From positions 1,167,858 to 1,231,857 of the forward strand of contig CAJINV010000014.1 of the NCBI GenBank assembly GCA_905178155.1: 64,000 nt of DNA, read 5' to 3'. Source of the DNA: Amoebophrya sp. A120. Its lineage: Eukaryota > Protista > Dinoflagellata. Within the stretch, counting starts at the first letter, position 1. Each line of letters opens with the position of its first letter. Below are positions 45,063-57,169 of this stretch, piece by piece. The position numbers were made by a program, and so were the translations under genes. Under the pieces are notes generated by a model. It worked only from the letters and a program-made list of their open reading frames with translations, did no database searches and was not told the origin of the DNA.

Positions 45063-47641
45063 ATGCCGCTCTTTTCACCATCGTCCACGGTTCCAGCGTC
45101 ACGACGCACCCCGCCACTTGTCCTCCACTTCGCCGTTTCATTTTTCACGACCGCTTTTATTCCGCGAACCGTCTACAGTCGCGCGACCGCTACTTCTTCC
45201 CGGAGCGGCGGCGCTGCTACCGCTCTCAACAGTCACAACTTTCCGCTGGAGGTGGGTGTCGACAATGCGCCAACAAGACCAACTTCAAGTGCCTATGAAG
45301 ATGCAACCACCGCAGCAGTGGATAGCAGCAATTTTGAGAGTAGCCAGAACAGTCTGCAGCCCGGGGACCTGTTCGATAACATCATTCCCCCGGAAGAGGA
45401 TAGAGGAGTGCAACAGAACAGGCCTTCCACAGCCAATGCTGGGAGACAAGATGAGGAAATAAACCGCCCAGAAGTTCTTGCCGCTAGGGACGAGTTTGTG
45501 CAAAGGAGACAGTCTTTCCCTGACGTCGCGACACCGGGAGCTGCAACCGGTGGCGCTCCTTCGTCAACTTCTTCTGACAGATTAGGCGGAGCACCGGCTG
45601 CACGATCATTGCAGGAGTTGCAGGATGAAGAGGTGGTGCACAATGGGCGAAAAGAATTGGAAGACAGCTCGCCGAGAGCCAGTCTGGTCCAGAAAAGCCA
45701 GTCGAGCAGGTACTTCAGCGTCAGCGAAGAGCGGACTAATAATGAAGCGCAGCGGAATGGTGAAAAGCTTCTCCAAGAGCAGCAGCAGCAGTTGTTACAG
45801 CAAGAGCAGATGAAGATGCAGTACAACCAGGGTCAGGCCCCCGCCGGTGGTTCAGCGCCGGGCGCCACTTTCAACCCCCTACCCCCGGGCCCGCTTGCCG
45901 AAGACCCGGACACGGCGATTACGAAGTTTGTCATCGCGTCGAGCGCGAGCGGGGGCCAGATTGTGTACATCAAACTCGGATCCCACAACCCCCAGCTGCC
46001 CCCCAAGCCGCTGATCGAATCTGCACTGCAAAAACCGGTGGCAATTGCGGTGGACAATCCGAATCAGTTGCTCTACGTAGCTACGAGTTGCAAAGATATC
46101 CCACTAACGTAAATCTGAATGTTGGCATTTACAATTTTTTTTCGAGTAGACAGAGACAACTCTGTGATGCTAATTTACCGAAGGCGCGACGTCTTTGTCA
46201 TGCGTTACTGGAAGTCAATTACTACGAGTGCGATACTTTTGCAAAGGATAGTCGCAGACGAAAACGCGATGAAAGTGTTGCGCTACCAGCTGAAGATCCA
46301 GGAGAACGGAGAGAAGTTATCCGCTATCAAATGTAAAAATGTCTGGGTCTGGAAGGTTGGAACTTGTCATGGTAAATCTCAATCATGCAAAAATCTGTGT
46401 TGCATGAGTGCCAAAAGCTGCCCACTTTTGACCAAGTTGGAAGGGAGTTTCTCATGCAGGATAGGCATGGCAGAGACCTCACAGAGTCTGTCATGCCGAG
46501 TCCCGCATTCCAGACCTCAAGGGTCATGGAAAATCTGCATGACAAATCTGGCATCCTTCCAGACCCAGACATTTTTACAGTTGATATCCGCGGTGGCGAA
46601 GGGCACGGTGGCGCTGAACTTTGCCGCCACGGGGGTCAGTGTGGACTCGTTTGGGAACGTGTACTTCGTCGATGGAGCGACCGGTAGTTGTTACTTTGTG
46701 ATGCGTAATATTATGGTCGTGTGCATGCACTGATTATGGTTATTCCAATGTGTAAGTGTAACCACGAGATCGACGCTCAACCTTTTTCAGGCCGTATCTA
46801 CCGGGCCGACCCAGAGCACACGACAAACCCGGTCCTCCTCTACGACGCGACGCGGCTTCCGGAGCTCAGCGGGCCGAGTCACATTTACGTGGACAATTTT
46901 CATGTTTACTGGGCAAATGGCAGCCTCGGAACGAGCTCAGGTACAGTTTTTTGTATTGTGCTGGAAAGCTACGGATTAGATATAGATACTTCCACTCTAC
47001 CGAGGAAGAGGAAGCCGCCGTGCTCTGTGATTCACAGAAGGCGCCTTTCCAAAAATATGGTAGACAAGTTTTACAACTTCTTGAACTTGAAATAATCTCG
47101 AGCAACTTTTAATCCAGGTACCATTGTTCGCGCTCCGCTGAAGCGGCCGCAGTTCAAGGAGGATGGTAGCAAACCCCCGGGGTTGAAAGTCTTGACCAAA
47201 AACGCGGAATCCGCAAATTCCGTGTGTGCGGCGGGCGACACGGTGTTTTACACCTCGACCAACAACTTTTTCCGCGCCAGCAAAATGTCCACGGAGACCT
47301 CGCCCGTGACCACCGTGGACAAAACCCTGGACGCCGTGAGCGGGCAGTGTGCGTGGGAGAAAACCGGGTCGGTAATCGTGATCGACCAGAACTCAGTGTT
47401 CCGCTATGCCGGGGCACTGTCAGACAAGTACCCGGCCAACTCTGCTGCGGCGCTGGCGGGCTCGGTGCCGAAAGCCAGGTCGCTTCTGTTCCACCTCACC
47501 GGGGGCTCGGGGGTGGCGGTATTTGTCGATCCCGGGTCCGTTGGAAAGATTCAGCACCGGAGCGTCGTCGGCGACTTTTTTTCCACGCTTTTAGCGTTTG
47601 TATTGGGCGCAGGGGTAGTAGGAATGATTGCTGCGGTGTGA
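45063..47641 (+). CDS. Membrane-anchored NHL/YWTD-like beta-propeller protein (about 617 aa)
   Basis: Exons 45063-46081, 46256-46324, 46592-46683, 46791-46940, 47118-47641 total 1854 nt in frame. Blade motifs KPVAIAVDNPNQLLYVAD, GVSVDSFGNVYFVD, GPSHIYVDNFHVYWAN. C-terminal TM segment FFSTLLAFVLGAGVVGMIAAV. Confidence 0.85.
46082..46250. mobile_element. TIR introner, family E
   Basis: tacgagttgcaaagatatc ... acgagtgcgatacttttgcaaaggata. DR gtagc/gtcgc. Removal restores the blade motif LLYVA|DEN. Confidence 0.88.
46325..46586. mobile_element. TIR introner, family B (orientation 2)
   Basis: tatcaaatgtaaaaatgtctgggtctggaagg ... ccttccagacccagacatttttacagttgata. DR tccgc at 46320-46324 and 46587-46591. 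Interior aligns to the reverse complement of 9864-10134. Confidence 0.95.
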
Positions 47642-48654
47642 GGGCCGCGAAAGTTTGTTTGGAGAGCAGTCAACTTTTTTATCAGCGCAAAGAAGATCAG
47701 TTCACGAGGAAAGTGCGACAGCCTTTCCGTTTTGGACGAGAGAGAAATAGTCTCTACTAAATGACTCTTGCTGTTCGTGTTCCGAATCCCTTTTTTCATC
47801 GTACGAGCAGGGATGCTAGGCCATGTGGAGGGCAAGTTAAAGTTTGTATTTTTGGCAGACAAGAATGAGTGGCAAGGAAGAAGGTACGTTTTGAGTGATG
47901 CAGGTGATGCAGCTTAGTTAGTTCTAGATGCCGAGCCGCCTAAAAAACCGGAGCCAAGTTCTTGTCTGGAGATAGTAGGTAGTGCCGATGTCGGTTATCA
48001 TGCCAAGTGTCGTGTTAGCATGGTGGCCAAAATTACCTTCGAGATGAGAGATCACATTTGGTTCTCAACAGCTGCGATTCACTCTGGAACATTTTGAAAC
48101 GACAGCTCTGTACTACTTCGGAATATCTGTAGTTACCATCCCATGACGTCCCCCCGAGACTAACGGATAAAAAATTGTACTTCTAGCCTTTCCGTGGTGT
48201 CATCGATCGTTATTGTCTTCCCTCCCCTCTCAGAATATTTAGAAATTTCGTTTGTTTTTGTCTCAAAAGATGACTTCCATTTGTCCAGTTAGTTTCTCTT
48301 TTCGCGACGAGGATAAGAATTCGTCCGCATTTACTTCTACCTCATCTTGTCTAGCAGCCGTATAGGCCGCTCCTGCACCTCGTCGCTCGTCGGGCAAAAG
48401 ACTACGCGATCATCGTCGAAGTTTACCACTTTTCGCAATTCTCCGCGGCATCGGGTTCTCCTCCCACACAGGAGCAATGCGTGGAAATTTGTCTGCATCC
48501 CTTCGACACGATCGGATTTTAATACTTCTGCGAAAAACAAGGCACGGTCGTTGCGGGGGTCGCGTAACTTGAGCATCATATAGCGTCGCAGCCGCACCAC
48601 GACCACCACGGAGAACGAAGAACGTTGGCAGAATTCAAAAGGTGAAAGATCATC

Positions 48655-49536
48655 ATGGCAACCACCATGACCGCGCCGCCGCCGGGCAATGTGGTGGTTG
48701 GCCGGCCGGTGGGGCAGATAGGACAAGGTGTAGAAAATCCGCACGGAAATATCGCACCCGGGTCTCCGATAAATACTGGCAATCAGGTACATAATTTTGG
48801 CTTTTCTAGGCTGTGGAGGTTATTCGGTTTCCGACCGGTTGGTTTGTTCTGCTCATTTCGCTCATGATCGCGTAAAGAGGCACGAGGTTCTTCTCAACAT
48901 ACAAAGAGCTGCCTTCCGTGTAAGTACGCAATCCATGTTTCTACTTCACCATTTCAACATAAATTCAACGTAAAACAGTCCGCCGTCACCCCGATGCAGC
49001 CGCTGGACGGCCACACGGCCGCTCCGCAGCAAGGCACGGGTGGCCGCTCCCCCGGTCGCATGCGAACGGGCAGGGTATCCGGACACCACCAGCAGCAAGA
49101 CGTGGTGATCATGCAACGCGCAGACGGTGGGCCGCCGGTGATGATGGTGGTGATGCAACCCGCACCGGGTATGAACAACCAACAGCACCAGGGTCCAAAC
49201 CAGTACTACCCCGGGTACAATCCAAACCCCATGTACGCCAATAGCAACTACGCTTATACCACGGGAAACCCGTCAAACACCGGTTTTATCCAGTCCTACG
49301 GCGACATGGCCTCTGCCTACCCCCCGACCCTCCTGGCCGTCTTCACGTGTCTCTGTTGCTTCTTTCCCGGGGGCATTTGCGCCTGCATCTCCCTGCTGAA
49401 GTGTCAAGAAGGCCACGCAGCAATTGCGAGGAACGACTTCGAGAGTGCGCGAAGAGCGAAAGAAGAAGCCATGCGGTGGATTTACGGCGCTTGGGCCGCG
49501 ACGTTGTTTTTCATGGTGTTCTACTCAGTACGATAG
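48655..49536 (+). CDS. CD225/dispanin (IFITM/PRRT1-like) membrane protein with Pro/Gly/Gln-rich N-terminus
   Basis: Exons 48655-48786 and 48979-49536 (GT-AG). C-terminus LLAVFTCLCCFFPGGICACISLLKCQ...NDFESARRAKEEAMRW plus a TM helix fits the CD225 pattern. Confidence 0.82.
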
Positions 49537-50450
49537 AAAAATCGGTGGTAAAGTGGTTTGTTTCTTGGTCGTGGCAGATGTAAGTAGGAGAACGGTTTTC
49601 TTTTCACATTTTTTAGTTGTCGATTCACTTTTTGTATTGAACTACTTACTCTGACGCTGACCAAAGCCTTTTACACTATTTCCGAGACCGATGCTCCTAT
49701 AATCCTCCCCTTAGCTCCTGCCTAAATCTGAAGATCGATTGAACGACCTGCTTCCACGACCTGAATATTTGGTTCAGTGTCGCCCCAAAATACCGACAGT
49801 GTCCAGAGGTCTCTTTCTACGCATGCAGCGCATCATGCTTCGCAACTTCAACTACACATTGGATAGAGGAAACAAGCATAATTACTGAAGCACGACAATC
49901 GTCTGAAGTTGATGCCCAAGATCATCTTTCTCTTGTGGACAGACTGTTCTTGATCTACACGACAAGATTTTTGTAGATACGATCACGATCGCTGGGTCTT
50001 TCTCCTAATTATACCGACAAGAAGAAGAAGAGAGCATGTTGACTGACCAGGAAAAAAGATGTTAGTTTGTCGTGACGATCAACAGTATAATCGATTTTGG
50101 TAGCGCAGGTTCGTTCTTTATTTCCAGCGTCAGGATCAGCTATTGGTGGTCGAAAAGAGCCTCGTCTTCTATGTCAATGCCCCGCCTTGAATCTTTTACT
50201 CCAGCGACTCGCAACGACATTTTAGTATTTTTCATTAAGTCCTCACGACTTTGCTCATTCTTTCCCGAGGGCCGCCCTTGTTTCGAGCGACATCGAGATG
50301 GTTCCCCGCCTTGAGATATTTTGAGTCCTTTTTCCTGAAAGAACGTTTACTTTTTACATCGCTCTTATACCCCCTGAATTCACATTCGTAGTTTCTTTCG
50401 CTTTCCGCAAATACTATCATGACATTGGTCTTGCACCGCTCTAGCACAGT

Positions 50451-53400
50451 ATGGCACCCAAGAAGCAAGCTAAGAAGGCAGAAATTAAGCAGGACAATAA
50501 AACTGCTAAGCCTGCGAACAGCAACAAAGCATCTCGAGGAGGGGGTGGAGCTTCCAGCACTGCCGCGAAGCCCAAAGCCGGAGCAACAACGGCGAACACA
50601 ACTTCAGGGATTAAACGCACTGCAGGTACTGGAGGGAAGCAAAAGAGGGCAAAAGACGACTTTGTCGTAGAGGACGACGAGGAGGAGGATGAGGAAGAAG
50701 ATCTTCAAAACGTTTCCTCGGCCTCCCCGTCAGGCTCTGACGCCGAAGACGAGGCGGGACACGGCAAGCAAAACCAGCAGTCATCTACAAGCAAGCACCA
50801 CCAAGATGAACTGGGTCGTGCAGGAGCTCTTGTGTCCTCAAGCCGACCAAAACTGGACCCGAATGATCCGGATTACGACTCCCAGGAGGACGATAGCGAT
50901 TTTGAACCGGAGTCCGATTTAGGTTCTGATGTGTCTGGAGCGGGGGCTGGTGGGCAGCTGAGCGAGGACGAGCCTGATGAAAACGATGTAAAAAAAAGCG
51001 TTGTGCGGTACAAGCGGGCAAGACGGACCAAGCCACAGCTCGACGTTGGAGGAAGCGAGAACAACAAAAATCCTGGTTCCTCTTCCTCCGCAGATGACGA
51101 GGAGGAGGAGGACAATGATGCGCAGGAGCAGGCTCAGCTTCCCGGTCGAACCAACGCGAGTACAAGAACTGGTCTTGCAAAGGGGACGAAGGGAAAAGCG
51201 ATGAAGAAGCAGAATCTTGTTCAGAATCAGAAGGAGAGGACCGCTGCGGCTAGTACAAACACAACTTCTATTAAGGCTGTTACATTTGAAGACGATGAGG
51301 CCAACCCGTCTCCTGGGCGGCAAGGTATACTTGCTTTCTCCTGTAGTGTATTCACAAAAATGCTGTTTCAAAATAAATCTCGTATCAAAATAAATACAGC
51401 GATCCAAATTTGTAATAGCTCTTTTGTGAACCGGACGTGCCCACCGCACTGCCCGCAGTTTTGTTTATGCTTCGCGCTGAGCAATCTCGGGGTCCNNNNN
51501 NNNNNNNNNNNNNNNNNNNNNNNNNNNNNNNNNNNNNNNNNNNNNNNNNNNNNNNNNNNNNNNNNNNNNNNNNNNNNNNNNNNNNNNNNNNNNNNTCCGC
51601 CATCGATCAAGGTGGGCGCGAGTAAACCAAAACACTAACACGCTAAACACACAGACATCAACGAAACGCAGTCGATCCGTTAGTCGATCCATTTAGCAGA
51701 AGCTAGATCCTAATGTGTCCAAACCAAAAGTAACAACGTCTGATCTAAAAATGATCTCAGGCACCGACCGACCGGGCGATGACTTTGTCGTCGACGACGA
51801 CGATCATGATGAGGAAAACGAAAACGAGTCAGTTGTCGAGGAGGTTCTAGTTCGACGGAAAGCCACGGACAAGAAAGATTCCGCTGATCTTGTGGATTCA
51901 GCTTCCAAGCCGGGGAAAAACAACATAATTTCCTCGACAACCACGGCACCAGCGGCGAAGAAGAGCAGTCCGAAAGCCAAGGCAAAACCTGCAGTCGGGG
52001 GTACAGTAGGAGCTCTTTCTGTTGCAGCGCCAGAAGGAGCGCTATTAAAAAGTAGTACGTCTGCTGCAGGAGGTACTAGTGCAAAGAAGACATCTTCACG
52101 AGGACCAGCCACTGACGAGAAAAGCAAGAACGCACTTGTAGAAGCGCCCGTAGTTGTAGTACCTCCGTCCTCCGATGCCAAGGAAGATCAGAAGAATTTC
52201 GTCCAGCTGGGGCAGTTGTACAAGAATCAGTACAAAATCAAACAGAAGGAAGACAGCCGCTTTTACTATTACAACAAGGCGCTAGGGAAACGGCGGGTGT
52301 TTGTCCGGCGGAAGGTGCCGAGGAAGGGGTGGAGCATCAAGCTCAACATCGACGCGTGGTGGAAGGGTCAGACCTGGAACACGATAAAGATCCGGACAGC
52401 GGAGCGGAAAGAGGCAGATAATGCAATGGGTGAAGGAGCAGATCCAGATGATATGTTGTCGAGCGGATCCGGAAACAAGATGATTTCCAATTCGGATTTG
52501 GAAAGGCAGCTGACCCAGAACCAGTTCTTGAGTCAAAACCCCCTGACGAGCGAAAAGGAAAACACGAACGACCGCAACGAGAAAATAAACGACCATAACC
52601 GTGACAGCACCGCAGACCGCTTTAGCAGCGCCTCCGAAGGAGGAGGGCCCAAAATGATCCGCAGCCTCCGCACTTGCTCTTCGAAGCACATTGTGTTTCA
52701 CGACGAGGTGGCGAAGAAGTACGGCGAGGCGGGTCTGGAAGTGTACGCCGACGTGTCTACCGACGACTCGGATCCCGGGTCCGAACCGGAGTCGGAGGAA
52801 GAGCTCGGAATAAAAAGTGCCGGCGAGGGTTTACAACCCAGAGGTAAAAACAACTCATCTGCCAAAACTACCTCCAGCAGAAAAGACCAACAAAATATCA
52901 ATCCCGACCATGCCAACTCTTCCGATGACGAAGATTACAAGAAACTGGTTGAAAACTGGCGGTCGGAGCAACAGAAATTGGTGCAGCAACTCCAGAACAA
53001 CAGCCTCACCAACGTGTTGAAGCTGAAAAAGATTAATCCCCAAGCACTGCTCGGCGAGATTGAAACGACCATCCCGGCAGACGTGAAGAAGCAGCTGAAA
53101 GCGAAACTCCGGACGATGAAGCGGAACGCAAAGAACAAAATCATGTTTGAGCAGGCACATCGGAGAGCGCCGGTCGGGAACACCCGGCTGAATTCCGTGT
53201 TGGCGAACATCGAGAAACGGCTGGGGGAAAAGGGGATTGCCGGCGCGGACTACAGCTCGAACATCGTCCGCAAAACGAAGACCGGTGGAAACAAGAGGGC
53301 GGCCCATCATGAGAAAAGAGCGGGGTTCAAGTACGATCTGGACGATGGGTTCATCAACGACGACAGCGACGAGGGCGGGAACGTGAAGGAAACCCAGAAA

Positions 53401-56400
53401 ACGTTTTCCGACATAGAAAGCGACGATAAAAACAAGTCGTCCGATGATGGCGGTGAGGGAGGGAAGAAAGCGAAGAAACGGAAGAAAATGAAGAACAAGA
53501 ATAATGACGAGACCACTGGTGGGACGGTCTCAGGCGCAGTTGGAAGTAGATTATCTTCAGGGAAAAAAAAGTTCGCGGAGGATTTTGACGACTTGGCTGA
53601 CAAGAAAAATACGACGAAAAACGAAAATGATAACGACGACTCGGAGCAAGATCAAAACAGCGATATGAATTCGTCCTCGGACACGGAAGATGTAGATTCC
53701 GAAGAGGAACGGGCGAAACTTCGCGAGAAACAGAGATTCAAAGAATTAGAAAAAGCCCGGAAGTTAGACCCGGCGAAGTTCCGCATTTGTCTGCCGGAAG
53801 ACCCCTGGGATTTTTTGCTGGATGAGAAGGAACTGGAGAAAATCGGCGAGTCTGCGGAGTACCAGAAACTGCAGAAAAATTCCGTGACGTCCATGCTGCA
53901 AAACGACCTGAAGCTGGTGGTTTGCGGCGTTAAGGACCGCGACGAGTGGGAGAAGTTACATTTGTCACCCGCGAGCACGAACCTTGCGCTCTTCCAAAAG
54001 TCGAATTTGAAACCCCTGGCGTTCATCCGCAGGTGGCTGGAGCAGGCCGTGTTGACGAACGGGGTTCCGAATATGGAGGACTCGTTTTTGCAGCAGATCG
54101 AGCTACCTTTTATCCCAGACCGGAATAAACCGTTCTGTTTAGCGACGTATGTCCGGAGGAACCTGAACACGATCATACGGTCGAAATTCGACTCGAAGAT
54201 TCTCTGGCGGTGGGAAAAAGCCGTCGCGGAGGACATCCGCACGAACTGGTGGCGGTTCGACGAGGACGTGATTTCCCTGCCGAATCCCGCGATTCTCACC
54301 GAAAGAGAAGAGGAACTCTGGTGCGACTTCATCTACAAGCTGGGCCGGGAAGCCGCCCGGACGGCGTTGAACGCGCAGAAGCGGGTCTTCTCGACGACGT
54401 GGCACCAATTCGTGAAGATTTGGCTGAAGTGCGGGGATGAGGAGCTGAAACTGGCCTGCCGCGAGTACAGCGCGCCGGTGTTGCGGCTGTTTAAGGAGAA
54501 ATGCTTGATGAACGAAATCTGGCTGATGCACCTGCGGAACTTCTCGCACATGCAGGCCTTAGGAGGAAAACTCCAGTCGATCCAGTACCAGGAAAGCAGA
54601 AGAGAGCAGTACAAAAGGCTCGCTTTTGGCGCACTTCTCGTCCGGAAACTGTGGCTGGCGTTCCGCCGCGCGATCAAGATGATGCACGCGCACAACTACG
54701 GCGAAATGCCGAGGAAGAACCACACGCCGGGTTGGCACGGGGACAAGTTGTTCGAATTGTTTGTGAACACGTTGCAACACCACTGGCTGTCGGAGTGTGA
54801 GGAGAAGATCGTGAAGGGACAGATGTTCGCGTTGGTGGACTTAGGACCGACGATTTTGCGGAGGGAGTTTGACAGCCACAACGCCGCGGTCGCATTGGCG
54901 GAGCGAAACAAGACAAGTAGTATGGCGCAACAGCAAAACTTCGCCACAGGGACAGGAGCGCCACCAGCTCCTAACCCGTCTAGCAGCGACGATGAACTGC
55001 TGAATTCCGAGAAGATCACGACGGCGACGATGGGGGAACTGCGCCCGCCGATGCCGCTTTGCGGGAAGTTGTTTGTGTTGGCGAAAGAGGCGGAGGAGCA
55101 GTACACCATGCAGCTGTCGATGATGTCACAAGAGGAGGAGTTGCGAATCCAGAAACAGCTGCAGCGCGCAGGTCTGCAGAAACCGATGAATTTGGCCGGG
55201 AATGAGGAGGGAAGGAGTGTGGATATAATCGTTGGAGATGGAAATAAAGATCCATCTCTGCACGAAAACAACAAAACTACCGGAAGCGGAGCTGCGACCG
55301 GAGCTGCTTCCGCACTGGTTTCTAAGAAGAAGCTTCCCGCGAAAGCGAACAGGGTCTTGCCGGCGAAAGGAAAGGCCGCGCCAGGGAAGGCGAAGGGGGT
55401 TGTTGTGTCGGGGAGCAGTGCTGGAGGAGACGGCGCAGCTACTTCTGCGGGTCCGGGAATATTGCAACAGCCTGCGGGAGGCACAACTGCAACGGGAACG
55501 GTAATTACTGGCACTACTGTCCAACAGGGCGTTTTAAAACCACCTCCGCCGCTGGGAACAGCCAGTGCTGCGGGCTCGACAAATACAAACGCAGCAAATG
55601 CAGCGGCGATGCACATGCAGCCACCCGGAGGTGCTGGCTCTACTACCTTTCCGCTACCAAACCTCCCCTTCCCGGCCGCGCCGCAAACTCCAGGGCATCA
55701 ACACCCCATGATGATGCACATGCAGCAGCCGGGTGGCGCCACCGGATTTGTGAATCCCATGATGTCGCAAATGCCGCAGCCACAGATGATTCTTCAGCCG
55801 GCATCAGGGGTACAGCAGAATATGCAAATGCAGATGTCTGCTGGCGGACATCAGGCTTTCTTAACGCAACAGCAACAATATCAGCAACAGCAGCAGATGG
55901 CGCAGCAGCAACACATGCAGCTGCAGCAGCAACAGATGATGCAACAGCAACATCAGATGCAGCAGCAATACATGCAGCAGCAGCAACAGCTGAATGCGCA
56001 AAACATCAAGAAGTCTTCACCTCCGGCGCCGGTGGCGCCTTCTCCGGCGGAGCCGCCGCGGCAACCTCAAGCTGCTGGAATTACCAGAGCAGCTTCGTCG
56101 TCCAGCGCAGCTTCGTCAGCGGTGCAACAGGTCGTGGTGCCATCTTCACATCAGCAGAGGCAACTGCAGCAGCCGCAACTCCAGCCGCAATCTCAACAGC
56201 CTGCTCGGAACAGAACTGGGGGGGCAGGAGCCTCTTCGTCAACAACCGCAGCGAACAGCGCACGAGCTGCTGCTGCGAATCCCGACTGCGTCCCGATTCC
56301 CCTGCCCTGCAACCTATCTCTCGAATTCAACCCGTCGGTTGTGGGGCAACTGCGTTCGGTGTTGTCCCTCGAGCGACAGGACGTGTTCATAAAGGACCGG

Positions 56401-56808
56401 AAGACCGGGCACCAGGAGGCGTACTCCAGTCTCGACGAGGCCGTGCAGGGGGTGTACGCACGGATGCCACCGTCAGAGCGGGGCGACTTGCATCTTGCGC
56501 ACGTCAACGACTGGTGCGCGGGGTGGCACTTTTGGCGCCTGGTGATCCCCCCACCGCCAGATGCGAAGGAAAAGAAGACGCAGCTGAAGCGGCTGGCGTT
56601 GCATATCGCAGACTGCCGGAACAGCAAGTTGCAGTACCCCTTTTGCACGCGCGGGGAGGGCGGAAAACTGGTGCGGGGGCTGGATTTGGACAACTTTCGG
56701 CAGTTGGAGATGGTGCACCCAAAAAGCCAGAAACCCGCGGTACTGGAGGAGAAACGAAACAAAATGCTGCGGAAAGGACAAAAGGGTAGAGGAAGGATGG
56801 GAAATTGA
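50451..56808 (+). CDS. Very large nuclear-type protein with an HPC2/ubinuclein (HUN/HRD)-like motif and poly-Gln region
   Basis: Exon 50451-51324 (phase-1 GT donor) plausibly joins 51707-56808 across the N gap. Motif RLNSVLANIEKRL...GFKYDLDDGFINDDSD at about 53185-53370. The join is unverified because of the gap. Confidence 0.65.
51496..51595. other. Assembly gap (100 N)
   Basis: Run of n characters. Confidence 1.
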
Positions 56809-57169
56809 GTCTTTGTGCGAGAGGTGTGGTGACTTTCTGTACTTTTCGCCGCGAAGCTCGGCTCATGGGCTCATGTACTAGAGAATTTGAATTTGAAAAC
56901 GCAAACTCAAAAGCGCGGCACCCAGTACGTTCTACAAACGATTTCCCAGAGGCGTTGTCGGTGCGATCATGCACATGCATGCTTAAGTTTATTGCCCCTG
57001 TGTTCCAGTTGGCAGCTGTTACCTATTGTAATGGATTTTGTATGTTTTTCGGTTGTTCGTTGCTCTCTGTCTCTTCTGCTTGAGAACGTATTTATCGCAA
57101 AACAAAGGGCGCTCCGCGTCCGCGTAGGTTGCAGTGTTTCGCATTTGAGCCGTGCCGACGGCAAGCAGT

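Noticed and set aside
948-46586. Recurring peptides CKNVWVWK, PDPDIFA, KCLGLE and FQTQTFL in many ORFs, which look like a conserved protein domain
   Set aside because: They are translations of the family B TIR (tgcaaaaatgtctgggtctggaa) in different frames and strands, not protein.
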